This document shows, in pieces, positions 1-7,427 of a stretch of DNA of 64,000 nucleotides. Numbering within the stretch: position 1 is the stretch's first letter; every line of letters starts with the position of its first letter. This stretch comes from an uncultured Gemmatimonadaceae bacterium (GTDB lineage: Bacteria; Gemmatimonadota; Gemmatimonadetes; Gemmatimonadales; GWC2-71-9): NCBI GenBank assembly GCA_964598655.1, contig CAZRCT010000003.1, positions 49,006 through 113,005 on the forward strand. Reading direction: 5' to 3'. The notes below the pieces were generated by a model that was not told the origin of the DNA, did not search any database, and saw nothing but the letters and a program-made list of their open reading frames with translations. The translations under genes were made by a program, and so were the position numbers.

Positions 1-318
1 CGCCAGCACCCGGTCCTCGATCTCGCGCGTGGCCCCGAGCTCCATGGTGAGCGGGAGGGCCACGGCCGAGATGGCGGTGAACACCATGCCCACCGCCACC
101 AGCCCCGGCACCACCACGGTGGCGTACCCGAGCCCCTCCGCCCCGCCGCCCACCGCGACCCCGCTCCCGATGGTGGGGAAGACGTAGGTGAAGACGAAGA
201 CGAACAGCAGCGGGTTCATCACCGTCCGAACCATGAGCGGGACGAAGTTGCGCCGGAGCACGGTGAGGTCGCGGAGCACCATGCCCCAGAGGGGGCGGAA
301 GGCGGGCGTCTCAGTCAC
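1..318 (-). CDS. ABC-2 type transporter permease, N-terminal part (gene runs off the left edge)
   Basis: The reverse-strand frame is open from a GTG at 318-316 to the window edge, overlapping the end of the upstream ATPase gene by 8 nt. My own translation, MTETPAFRPLWGMVLRDLTVLRRNFVPLMVRTVMNPLLFVFVFTYVFP..., is hydrophobic, as in permeases that follow DrrA-type ATPases. Confidence 0.7.
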   Translation of the reverse strand, partial: MTETPAFRPLWGMVLRDLTVLRRNFVPLMVRTVMNPLLFVFVFTYVFPTIGSGVAVGGGAEGLGYATVVVPGLVAVGMVFTAISAVALPLTMELGATREIEDRVLA

Positions 319-1255
319 GCAGTTCCCGTCCGGTGAGCTGGATGAAGACCGTCTCGAGCGTGGGCTCGTGGATGCGGAGGTCGGCGAGGCCGTAGGGGAG
401 CGCAGCTTCCACGATGGGTGGGATGAGCCCGTCGCGCGCCGTGGCGAGGACGCGGAGGCCCTGCTCGCCGCGCTGGACGGCGCGCACCTGCGGCAGGGCC
501 TCGAGCTGCCGCACCAGCGGCTCGTCGAGCCGCTCCAGGGTGAGCTCTACGATGGTGGCGGCCCCCACCTGCCGCTTGAGCTCGGCCGCCGTGTCGGTGA
601 CGAGCACCCGGCCATGGTCGATGATGGCCACGCGGTCGCTCAGGCGGTCGGCTTCCTCCATGTAGTGCGTGGTGAGGAGCACGGTGATACCCTGCGCCCG
701 GAGTCCGGTGATGAGCTCCCAGAGCGCCAGGCGACTCTGCGGGTCGAGTCCCGCCGTGGGCTCGTCGAGGAACAGCATGGACGGCCGGTGGGCGATGGCG
801 CGCGCCAGCTGCACCCGCTGCGCAAGGCCGCCCGAGAGCGTCTGCGCCATGGCCCCGGCGCGGTCGCTCAGGCGGAACTGCGCCAGCAGCTCCGTCGTCC
901 GCGCCGAGGCGTCGGCGCCACCCCAGCCGTGATAGCGGCAGTGGTAGTAGAGGTTCTCGAAGACGGTGCAGGCGCGGTCGAGCGTGTTGTACTGCGTCAC
1001 CACCCCGATGCGCTGCTTGACCCGCACCGGGTCCGTGGCCACGTCGATCCCGTCGAGCCGCACGGTGCCCGCGGTGGGGCGGACGCGCGTGGTGCAGATG
1101 CCCACCGTGGTGGTCTTCCCTGCCCCGTTGGGCCCGAGGAGGGCAAAGACCTCGCCGGGGTGGACGGTGAGGTCCACCCCGGCGAGCGCCAGCACCTCCG
1201 GCGGCCCCGCATAGCGGCGCGTGAGCCCGGCGATCTCGAGCGCCGCGGCGGTCAC
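311..1255 (-). CDS. ABC transporter ATP-binding protein (ABC-2/DrrA-like)
   Basis: 314 aa ORF with Walker A GPNGAGKTTT, signature LSGGLAQRV and Walker B MLFLDEPTAGLD. GTG start. Confidence 0.9.
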   Translation of the reverse strand: MTAAALEIAGLTRRYAGPPEVLALAGVDLTVHPGEVFALLGPNGAGKTTTVGICTTRVRPTAGTVRLDGIDVATDPVRVKQRIGVVTQYNTLDRACTVFENLYYHCRYHGWGGADASARTTELLAQFRLSDRAGAMAQTLSGGLAQRVQLARAIAHRPSMLFLDEPTAGLDPQSRLALWELITGLRAQGITVLLTTHYMEEADRLSDRVAIIDHGRVLVTDTAAELKRQVGAATIVELTLERLDEPLVRQLEALPQVRAVQRGEQGLRVLATARDGLIPPIVEAALPYGLADLRIHEPTLETVFIQLTGRELRD

Positions 1256-1265
1256 GCGCCGGGCC

Positions 1266-2357
1266 TCACGCCGGCTCGAACACCCGCTGGGCGCGGGTGG
1301 CCGCGTACTCGGCGCGCGCCCGGGCGACGGCGTCGATGAGCGGGCTCGGATCGAAGCGCACCGGGTCGGTGCAGGGAAGCCCGGTCTCGCGGCTGGCGGC
1401 CTCGCAGGCGGCGCGGGCCTCGGCCTCGGTCATGTCGTAGGTGTTGAGCGAGATGCCGATGGTCTTCGTGGGGTGGACGAAGCCGGCGACGCCCTCGTAC
1501 AGCTTCACGTACTCCGAGAGCGGCGGGATCTTGAGCCAGCCGGCCTTGCGGTAGTCACCGATGTAGTCGCGCGTGGCCTGGTGGCAGAGGATGAGCGCGT
1601 CGGGGCAGGAGCCGTGCAGCAGCCCGCAGGTGACGCCCGAGTAGCCCGGGTGGTTGAGGCTCCCCTGCCCCTCCACCAGCACGATGTCGGCGTCCTTGCT
1701 CCCCTCGAGCACCAGCCACTCCGCGGCGCCGGCGATGAAGTCGGCCACCACGGCGTCCACCGCGATGCCCCACCCCTCGATCATGATGCCGGTCTGGCCG
1801 GTCGCCACGAAGCGGGTGCGCAGGCCCCGCTCATTGAGCTTCTTCGTGATCTGCAGCTGGCTCGTCATCTTGCCGACGTTGCAGTCGGTGCCCACCGTCA
1901 GGATCACGAAGGGCTCGACGTGCTTGGCCTTGCCGCTTGCCACGGGAAGGTTGGCGGGGGGGCGGCGGAAGTCGTAGATCTCGGTCCCCCGCGCCTTGGC
2001 GCGCGCGGCGATGGCCGCGTCGTCCCCGATGAAGGTGTGGAGGCCGCTCCAGATGGAGCACCCGGCGTCCACCGCCTCGAGCAGCCAGCTGCGCCACTCC
2101 TCCGGCAGCTTCCCCCCCACCGGGGCGATGCCGATGAGCACCGCATCCGGCTTGAGCGTGAGCGCCTCCGTCATGGAGCCGAGCACGGGCGTGGCCCCGC
2201 CGAAGCCGAGGACGTCCTGGACCGTCTTGCCGGCGTGCTGCCGGTCGAGGACGGCCGCGATCCGCTCGGGACGGTAGCGGATCACGGAGTTCGCGGTCTT
2301 GGAGGTGAGCGGGCCGAACTCGCCATCGGCGAGGATCAGGAAGCGGGAGCCGTGCAT
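1266..2357 (-). CDS. DUF1611 family protein (DgcN-like putative N-acetyltransferase)
   Basis: The ORF track gives 1266-2411. I prefer the internal ATG at 2357 (MHGSRFLILADGEFGPLTSKTANSVIRY), which matches the usual N-terminus of DUF1611 proteins. Family assignment is from memory of the family sequence. Confidence 0.7.
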   Translation of the reverse strand: MHGSRFLILADGEFGPLTSKTANSVIRYRPERIAAVLDRQHAGKTVQDVLGFGGATPVLGSMTEALTLKPDAVLIGIAPVGGKLPEEWRSWLLEAVDAGCSIWSGLHTFIGDDAAIAARAKARGTEIYDFRRPPANLPVASGKAKHVEPFVILTVGTDCNVGKMTSQLQITKKLNERGLRTRFVATGQTGIMIEGWGIAVDAVVADFIAGAAEWLVLEGSKDADIVLVEGQGSLNHPGYSGVTCGLLHGSCPDALILCHQATRDYIGDYRKAGWLKIPPLSEYVKLYEGVAGFVHPTKTIGISLNTYDMTEAEARAACEAASRETGLPCTDPVRFDPSPLIDAVARARAEYAATRAQRVFEPA

Positions 2358-2436
2358 GGGGCGTCGGGAAAGGGGAACAGGGGCGCGCGGAACCGGCCGG
2401 TAAGCTACCACGGGCAGCGGCGGGAGGGAACGAGAC

Positions 2437-2458
2437 GGGGGTGCCGGTTGGCACCCCC
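2437..2458 (-). terminator. GC-rich hairpin downstream of pspA
   Basis: GGGGGTGCC-ggtt-GGCACCCCC: a perfect 9-bp stem 27 nt after the pspA stop. No clear U-tract. Confidence 0.5.
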
Positions 2459-2484
2459 GTGGGCCTGCGCCGCCCGGCAGTGGG

Positions 2485-3255
2485 CTAGGCCTGCTTCCCG
2501 GGCTGGTCGTCGTCCACCAGCTCGGCGTCGATGGTGTCGCCGCGGCCGAGCTGGCGGGTCTCGCCGCCCTTGCCGCCCGGGCCGATGAGGCCCATCCGGG
2601 CCTTGAGCTCGAGCAGCTGCTGGTCGGGCGCGCCCTTGTACTCGAGGGCCTGGAACTGCTGCATCAGCTGGTCGCCCTCGAACTCGTTCTGCAGCTCGGC
2701 GGCGGCGATGGCCTTGCGCTCGTTCTGCTCAATCTTCTCGGTCATCCGCTCAAACGACTCGAAGGCCGACTTGTCGGACATCCCCGACATCGTCTCCTGG
2801 ATGCGCTGCTGCGCCTCCGCCCGCCGCGCCCGGGCAATGAGGATGTTCTTCTTGCGCTTGGCTTCCTCGATCTTGTCGTTGAGCTGGCGCAGCGAGGCCT
2901 TGAGGTTCTCGGTCTCCGCCTTGTGCTTCACCCAGGTCTCGTGGAGCTGCTGGGCGCCGGTCATGGCCTCGTTGTAGCGCATGAGCGCCTGCTTGGCCAG
3001 GTCGTCGCGGCCCTCCTGCACCGCGAGCATGGCGCGCCGCTCCCAGTCCTCGGCCTGCTTGCGCATGGCCTCGGCGTCGGCCTGGAGCTTCTTCTCGTCC
3101 GCGATGGCGCTGGCCACCTGCTGCTTGGCCTTGGCCAGCTGACCCTTCATGTCGATGATCAGCTGGTTCAGCATCTTCTCGGGATTCTCGGCGCGCGTGA
3201 TGAGGTCGTTGATGTTCGACCGGATCATCGTCGAGAGACGGTCAAAGATCCCCAT
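2485..3255 (-). CDS. pspA: PspA/IM30 family protein (phage shock protein A)
   Basis: 256 aa. The N-terminus MGIFDRLSTMIRSNINDLITRAENPEKMLNQLIIDM closely parallels E. coli PspA ([27 protein letters not shown]...). The rest is long coiled coil. Confidence 0.95.
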   Translation of the reverse strand: MGIFDRLSTMIRSNINDLITRAENPEKMLNQLIIDMKGQLAKAKQQVASAIADEKKLQADAEAMRKQAEDWERRAMLAVQEGRDDLAKQALMRYNEAMTGAQQLHETWVKHKAETENLKASLRQLNDKIEEAKRKKNILIARARRAEAQQRIQETMSGMSDKSAFESFERMTEKIEQNERKAIAAAELQNEFEGDQLMQQFQALEYKGAPDQQLLELKARMGLIGPGGKGGETRQLGRGDTIDAELVDDDQPGKQA

Positions 3256-3258
3256 GTC

Positions 3259-3651
3259 TTACTCCCGGAAGGGCGCCAGGGCGCCGAGGTGCGTGGCCAA
3301 CGCGAGCGTCAGGGAATCGAAGCTCGCCTCGAATTCGTTGAAGTCCAGGTTCTCCAGCTCCAGCGTGTCCACCAGCACCACGCGGTTGCCCTCGAGCCCG
3401 TAGGCGCCATGCACGAGGTCGCGGGCGTTGTACGCCAGGAGCGCGCGGAAGAGCGCCGCCTGCCGCTCCGCCCCCTCGGGCAGTTCCATGACGGCCACCC
3501 GCAGGATCACCACCGGCGGCGCGAAGTGTACCACCACCTCCGCCCCGGCGGTCGTCTTCACCAGCCAGAGGTTGGGCTCCACCTCGCTGACCTCGGCCGA
3601 GCCGCTGTCCAGCCGGTCGAGGAAATCCTCGATGTCTTCCTTGCCGCGCAT
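3259..3651 (-). CDS. YbjN / CesT-Tir chaperone-like protein
   Basis: The ORF track gives 3259-3681. The ATG at 3651 has GGGAGG 5 nt upstream. The alpha/beta pattern (LWLVKTTAGAEVVVHF...VVILRVAVMELPE...ALFRALLAYNARDLVHGAYGLEGNRVVLVDTLELENLD) is typical of YbjN-like folds. Assigned by resemblance only. Confidence 0.6.
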   Translation of the reverse strand: MRGKEDIEDFLDRLDSGSAEVSEVEPNLWLVKTTAGAEVVVHFAPPVVILRVAVMELPEGAERQAALFRALLAYNARDLVHGAYGLEGNRVVLVDTLELENLDFNEFEASFDSLTLALATHLGALAPFRE

Positions 3652-3698
3652 GCCTGCCTCCCGAATGGGGCCTGCCTGCAATCTAACCGGGGCCCGCG

Positions 3699-4022
3699 CT
3701 AGCGAGCCGCCGGCACCGCCTCGGGCGGGGTGTCCGCCTCGTCGTCCGCCCGGGGCGGCGCCACGAGCAGCCGCTCGGCGAACTCCAGCCGTTCCTCCAC
3801 CTCCCGCAGGCGGTGGGCCAGCGCGTCGAGCTCCTCCAGCCGCTCGGCCAGCAACTGCTCGGTCTCTTCCTTTTCCCGGATCGTCTGGTCGCTGCCGAAG
3901 GCCCCCATGATCCGCTCCGTGCCCCGCCCGATGGCCCGGCCGATGGGGCCGAGGAGCACCGCCACACTGATGGCGGCGGTCATCATCCAGAATCCGAGCG
4001 CGCCGATGCTGTCACCAAACAT
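3699..4022 (-). CDS. Array member 13: small TM + coiled-coil protein, ERLEFAERLL variant
   Basis: 107 aa with GGAGG 5 nt upstream of the ATG. Sequence: MFGDSIGALGFWMMTAAISVAVLLGPIGRAIGRG...REVEERLEFAERLLVAPPRADDEADTPPEAVPAAR. It shares the DEADTPPEA.PAAR tail with member 12. Confidence 0.8.
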   Translation of the reverse strand: MFGDSIGALGFWMMTAAISVAVLLGPIGRAIGRGTERIMGAFGSDQTIREKEETEQLLAERLEELDALAHRLREVEERLEFAERLLVAPPRADDEADTPPEAVPAAR

Positions 4023-4036
4023 GCCCGCCTCCGGGG

Positions 4037-4357
4037 TCAGCGCGCCGCCGGCAGCGCCTCGGGCGGGGTATCCGCCTCGTCGGGCAGTGCCAGCCGGTCC
4101 TGCCGTGTGAGGAGCCGCTCGGTGAAGTCGAGCCGCTCTTCCAATTCCACCAGACGGGATTCGCGGGCCTCCAGTTCCTGCATCCGGGCCCGCAGCTCCT
4201 CGAGTTCCGCCGGGGCCGCGGCGCCCGCACCGTGCTCGATCCGCCGGGCCCAGGCCACGACGAGCGGACGGACCAGGTACACCGCCGCACCGAGCATCAC
4301 GAAGCCCGCCGTCCCGGCGAGCAGCTGGTTCATCAGTTCCGGGGCAATCGCGAGCAT
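4037..4357 (-). CDS. Array member 12: small TM + coiled-coil protein, ERLDFTERLL motif
   Basis: The track ORF extends to 4396. The ATG at 4357 has GGAGG upstream and lies 1 nt after the member 11 stop. Sequence: MLAIAPELMNQLLAGTAGFVMLGAAVYLV...LVELEERLDFTERLLTRQDRLALPDEADTPPEALPAAR. Confidence 0.8.
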   Translation of the reverse strand: MLAIAPELMNQLLAGTAGFVMLGAAVYLVRPLVVAWARRIEHGAGAAAPAELEELRARMQELEARESRLVELEERLDFTERLLTRQDRLALPDEADTPPEALPAAR

Positions 4358-4358
4358 C

Positions 4359-4670
4359 TCAGCCTCCCCTCGGCAGCCGGGCCGCTTCATCGTCACGCTG
4401 GCGAGCCAGCAGGCGCTCGGTGAAATCCAGGCGTTCCTCGAGTTCGTACATCCGCGCCTGCTGGCCCTCGAGCTCCTGGACCCGGGCCCGCAGCTCTTCC
4501 ACCTCGACGCGGAGCGCGGGATCGGCGCCGCCCTCGGGCCCGCCGAGGCGCCGGCCCCAGCCCTGCATGACGGGCGTGAGCAGCCGGCTGCCGAGGAACG
4601 AGACGCCGAGCACCACCCCGATGAGGCTCATGGTCTCGCCCGGGCCCATCATGATCAGGCTCAGCAGCAT
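4359..4670 (-). CDS. Array member 11: small TM + coiled-coil protein, ERLDFTERLL motif
   Basis: 103 aa: MLLSLIMMGPGETMSLIGVVLGVSFLGSRLL...GWGRRLGG...MYELEERLDFTERLLARQRDDEAARLPRGG. Closest to member 10. Confidence 0.8.
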   Translation of the reverse strand: MLLSLIMMGPGETMSLIGVVLGVSFLGSRLLTPVMQGWGRRLGGPEGGADPALRVEVEELRARVQELEGQQARMYELEERLDFTERLLARQRDDEAARLPRGG

Positions 4671-4990
4671 CAGCCCGCCTTTCCCGGACCCAGCCGGCCC
4701 GGTTCCGCCTCACGCTGCTGCAGCAGCAGGCGCTCGGTGAAGTCCACGCGATCCTCGAGCTCGAGCAGCCGCTGCCGTTCCTCCTCGAGCTGCTGCAGGC
4801 GCGCCCGCATTTCCTCGAGATCCTCACGCAGGCGGGGGTCCGCCTCGCCGCTGTGACCCGCCAGCCGCCTGCCGATTCCCGTCATGATGGGGTGGAGCAG
4901 CTTGTAGGTCACGGTCATGGCGCCGAGGGCCATCACGGCGATGAGGATCCCCTCGCCGGGCCCCTGCAGCAGGACGAGCGCGAGCAGCAT
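4670..4990 (-). CDS. Array member 10: small TM + coiled-coil protein, DRVDFTERLL variant
   Basis: 106 aa: MLLALVLLQGPGEGILIAVMALGAMTVTYKLL...GIGRRLAG...LLELEDRVDFTERLLLQQREAEPGRLGPGKAG. Confidence 0.8.
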   Translation of the reverse strand: MLLALVLLQGPGEGILIAVMALGAMTVTYKLLHPIMTGIGRRLAGHSGEADPRLREDLEEMRARLQQLEEERQRLLELEDRVDFTERLLLQQREAEPGRLGPGKAG

Positions 4991-5361
4991 CAGTGCGGCC
5001 CTCCCGACTCAAGCCGGCTCACGTCCGCCTCCCGGTGCTGCACCAGCAGGCGCTCGGTGAAGTCCAGCCGCTCCTCGAGCTCAAGGACGCGGCCCTGCAT
5101 CTGCTCCAGCTCCGCCACGCGGGCCTGCAGGTCGGTGATCTCGTCCAGCGACGGTGGCGCCTCCCGCTGGGCGGCCAGCGCCCGGTTCCGGCGCCAGGCA
5201 AAGACGAACGTGGACAACGCGAAGATGCCGAGCACCACCTGGTCCTCGATCGCCGGGCCAGCCATCTCGGCGAGCATTCCCGCGAGGAAGCCGGTGGCCG
5301 TGAGGTGGATGATGACCTCCACGCCGTCCAGGCCCAGCGTCTGCTTGAGTCCCACGCTCAC
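4990..5361 (-). CDS. Array member 9: two hydrophobic segments + coiled coil, ERLDFTERLL motif
   Basis: 123 aa: ...VIIHLTATGFLAGMLAEMAG...VVLGIFALSTFVFAWRRNR...VLELEERLDFTERLLVQHREADVSRLESGGPH. ATGA overlap. Confidence 0.8.
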   Translation of the reverse strand: MSVGLKQTLGLDGVEVIIHLTATGFLAGMLAEMAGPAIEDQVVLGIFALSTFVFAWRRNRALAAQREAPPSLDEITDLQARVAELEQMQGRVLELEERLDFTERLLVQHREADVSRLESGGPH

Positions 5362-5717
5362 CCCTCCCCGGCTCCGAGACGTTCCGCCTCACGGTGGCGC
5401 ACCAGCATCCGCTCGGCGAAGTCCAGGCGCTCTTCGAGCTCGAGTACCCGCGCCTGCCCCTGCTCGAGCTCCGCCACCCGATCCTCGAGCTCCGCGACCC
5501 GCTGCGCCGCCACCTCCCCGGTGGTGTCGCCCCGCTCCAGGCCGGCGCGCCGGCGCCGCCACGCCAGCACCCCGAACGAGGCGAGGAACGCCACCGACAC
5601 GCCGATCTCCTCCTGCGGCTGGGTCATGGCGCTCAGCATGACGGCGGCCGCGATCGTGGCGCCCGACTGGATCAGGAAGTCGACGAAGTCGATCCCGACG
5701 TAGCGCCGGAAGCTCAC
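5358..5717 (-). CDS. Array member 8: two hydrophobic segments + coiled coil, ERLDFAERML variant
   Basis: 119 aa: ...SGATIAAAVMLSAM...IGVSVAFLASFGVLAWRRRRAG...VLELEERLDFAERMLVRHREAERLGAGEG. ATGA overlap. Confidence 0.8.
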   Translation of the reverse strand: MSFRRYVGIDFVDFLIQSGATIAAAVMLSAMTQPQEEIGVSVAFLASFGVLAWRRRRAGLERGDTTGEVAAQRVAELEDRVAELEQGQARVLELEERLDFAERMLVRHREAERLGAGEG

Positions 5718-6001
5718 GCGCCCCCCGGCCCGAGGCGCTCGGCCTCGCGCTGCTGGGCCAGGAGCCGCTCCGTGAAGTCCAGACGCTCCTCGAGCTCGGC
5801 CACGCGGCCGCGGAGGGCGTCCGAATCATCGAGGCGCGCCCGCAGGTCGGCGAGTTCCGCCTCGAGCTCGAGCGGGACGCCACCCTTGCCACGCTCCACG
5901 CGCTTGACCATGACGTTCACGAAGGCGATGACGGCATACACCGATGCCCCCGCCATGCCCATCCCGGCGAACACGCCGAACAGCTTGATGAACTCGTCCA
6001 T
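5714..6001 (-). CDS. Array member 7: small TM + coiled-coil protein, ERLDFTERLL motif
   Basis: 95 aa: MDEFIKLFGVFAGMGMAGASVYAVIAFVNVMV...VAELEERLDFTERLLAQQREAERLGPGGA. TGATG junction. Confidence 0.8.
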   Translation of the reverse strand: MDEFIKLFGVFAGMGMAGASVYAVIAFVNVMVKRVERGKGGVPLELEAELADLRARLDDSDALRGRVAELEERLDFTERLLAQQREAERLGPGGA

Positions 6002-6357
6002 CAGCCCTCCCCCGGCCGCAGGCGCTCCGGCTCCCGCTGCTGCGCCAGCAGCCGTTCGGTGAAGTCCACCCGCTCCTCCAGTTCCATGACCCGGTGCTGC
6101 AGTTGGTCCATCTCCGCGAGGCGGGCCCGCAGGTCCTCGACCTCCTGCCGCAGGGCACTATCCCCGGTGCCCTTTCCCTCGATTCGCCGCCCAAGCGCCC
6201 GCATCACGGGCCACAGGACCACCGTACACGCCGCCAGGAACCCCAGCGTGATCAGCAGGATCACGGGGGCGGGCATCACCTCCCACGGCGCCGGCGTGTG
6301 CGGGAAGTCCGGCAGCGGAGGCGGCTCCGGCACCTGGACCACAACTTGCCACATCAC
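6001..6357 (-). CDS. Array member 6: small TM + coiled-coil protein, ERVDFTERLL variant
   Basis: 118 aa with a Pro-rich N-terminal extension, then the TM helix PVILLITLGFLAACTVVLWPV, GRRIEG, and ...VMELEERVDFTERLLAQQREPERLRPGEG. ATGA overlap with the member 5 stop. Confidence 0.75.
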   Translation of the reverse strand: MMWQVVVQVPEPPPLPDFPHTPAPWEVMPAPVILLITLGFLAACTVVLWPVMRALGRRIEGKGTGDSALRQEVEDLRARLAEMDQLQHRVMELEERVDFTERLLAQQREPERLRPGEG

Positions 6358-6614
6358 GGCTCCCCTCCGGACAGCGACTCGCTCTCCCGCTTTGCGGTGA
6401 GCAGCCGCTCGGCGAAGTCCATGCGCTCGTGCAGTTCCGACACCTCGAGGCGCAGGCGCTCCACCTCCTCGAGCAGGGCCGGGTCGCCGGTCCCGGCCAC
6501 GCCCATGGGCCCGTGCCGGATCCGGTCGCTGATGGCCCGGCCGATGTCCGTCTTGGAAATGGCGATCAGCATGCCGCCACCAAAGACGATCAGGATGAAG
6601 AGGGTCCCCTCCAT
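6354..6614 (-). CDS. Array member 5: small TM + coiled-coil protein, ERMDFAERLL variant
   Basis: 86 aa: MEGTLFILIVFGGGMLIAISKTDIGRAISDRIRHG...LHERMDFAERLLTAKRESESLSGGEP. Closest to member 4. Confidence 0.8.
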   Translation of the reverse strand: MEGTLFILIVFGGGMLIAISKTDIGRAISDRIRHGPMGVAGTGDPALLEEVERLRLEVSELHERMDFAERLLTAKRESESLSGGEP

Positions 6615-6623
6615 CGGCGCCTC

Positions 6624-6875
6624 CTACTGCCCGTCGGGCAGTTGCTCGGCCTCGCGTCCGCGGGCCAGCAACCGCTCGGTGAAGTCCACCCGCTCCTGCA
6701 GCTCGGTCAGTTCCTGCCGCATCCGGTCCAGCTCCTCGTAGACCGCCGGGTCGCCCTCGGGGACCTCGCGGTGGCCGCGGATGCGGTCCGCGATCGCCTT
6801 GCCCACGGGGCTGAAGGAGATGGCGATGGCGGTGCCGCCGCCAAAGATCAGGATCAATGCGAGGATGTCTTCCAT
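6624..6875 (-). CDS. Array member 4: small TM + coiled-coil protein, ERVDFTERLL variant
   Basis: This is the C-terminal 83 aa of track ORF 6624-7154, starting at the ATG at 6875 (TGATG junction). Sequence: MEDILALILIFGGGTAIAISFSPVGKAIADRIRGH...LQERVDFTERLLARGREAEQLPDGQ. Confidence 0.8.
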   Translation of the reverse strand: MEDILALILIFGGGTAIAISFSPVGKAIADRIRGHREVPEGDPAVYEELDRMRQELTELQERVDFTERLLARGREAEQLPDGQ

Positions 6876-7147
6876 CAGGCTCCTTCTCCCGGCGTGCCGG
6901 ACCGGTCGCGGATCATCAGCCGCTCCGTGAACTCGAGCCGCTCCTGAGTTTCGGCGAGTTGCTGCTGCAGGCTCTCCATCTGCTCCCGCAGTGTCCCGAG
7001 GGCCGCCAGCACCTCGGGATCGGTCCCTGCCGCCGCCCGCCGCGCCTCGGTCTGCAGCCGAGTGATGGCCACGGCCCCCTTCATGATCAGACCGGTGATG
7101 ACCACGCCGCTCAGCATCCCGAGGATGGGAATCAGCTCGCCGGCCAT
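6875..7147 (-). CDS. Array member 3: small TM + coiled-coil protein, ERLEFTERLM variant
   Basis: 90 aa: MAGELIPILGMLSGVVITGLIM...AETQERLEFTERLMIRDRSGTPGEGA. Its start shares 1 nt with the member 2 stop (TGATG). Confidence 0.8.
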   Translation of the reverse strand: MAGELIPILGMLSGVVITGLIMKGAVAITRLQTEARRAAAGTDPEVLAALGTLREQMESLQQQLAETQERLEFTERLMIRDRSGTPGEGA

Positions 7148-7425
7148 CAGCCACCTCCCGGCAGGCGGTCGGGCGCCCTGCCTTGCGCCAGCAATCGTTC
7201 GGTGAAGTCCAGCCGCTCCTGCGTCTCCGCCACCTGGTGCTGCAGCTGATCCACCTGGTCCCGAAGCGCCTCGACGGCGGCGATCAGGTCGGGATCGGCA
7301 CCCGCCACCGCCTTCCGCCCCTCCGCCCAGCTGTGCGCGATACGGACCAGGCCGTAGGTCATGGTGCCGATCACCGCGATGCCGGTGAGCATGCCGAAGA
7401 CCGGCACGACCACCTCGGGGCCCAT
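7147..7425 (-). CDS. Array member 2: small TM + coiled-coil protein, ERLDFTERLL motif
   Basis: This is the C-terminal 92 aa of track ORF 7147-7740, starting at the ATG at 7425, 2 nt after the member 1 stop. Sequence: MGPEVVVPVFGMLTGIAVIGTMTYGLV...AETQERLDFTERLLAQGRAPDRLPGGG. Confidence 0.8.
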   Translation of the reverse strand: MGPEVVVPVFGMLTGIAVIGTMTYGLVRIAHSWAEGRKAVAGADPDLIAAVEALRDQVDQLQHQVAETQERLDFTERLLAQGRAPDRLPGGG

Positions 7426-7427
7426 CG

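Noticed and set aside
311-1255. ABC ATPase as CcmA (heme exporter)
   Set aside because: It is 314 aa with a C-terminal extension and is followed by an ABC-2 type permease, which is the DrrA/DrrB-like layout, not the roughly 200-aa CcmA followed by CcmB/CcmC. It is also 32 kb from the ccm genes.
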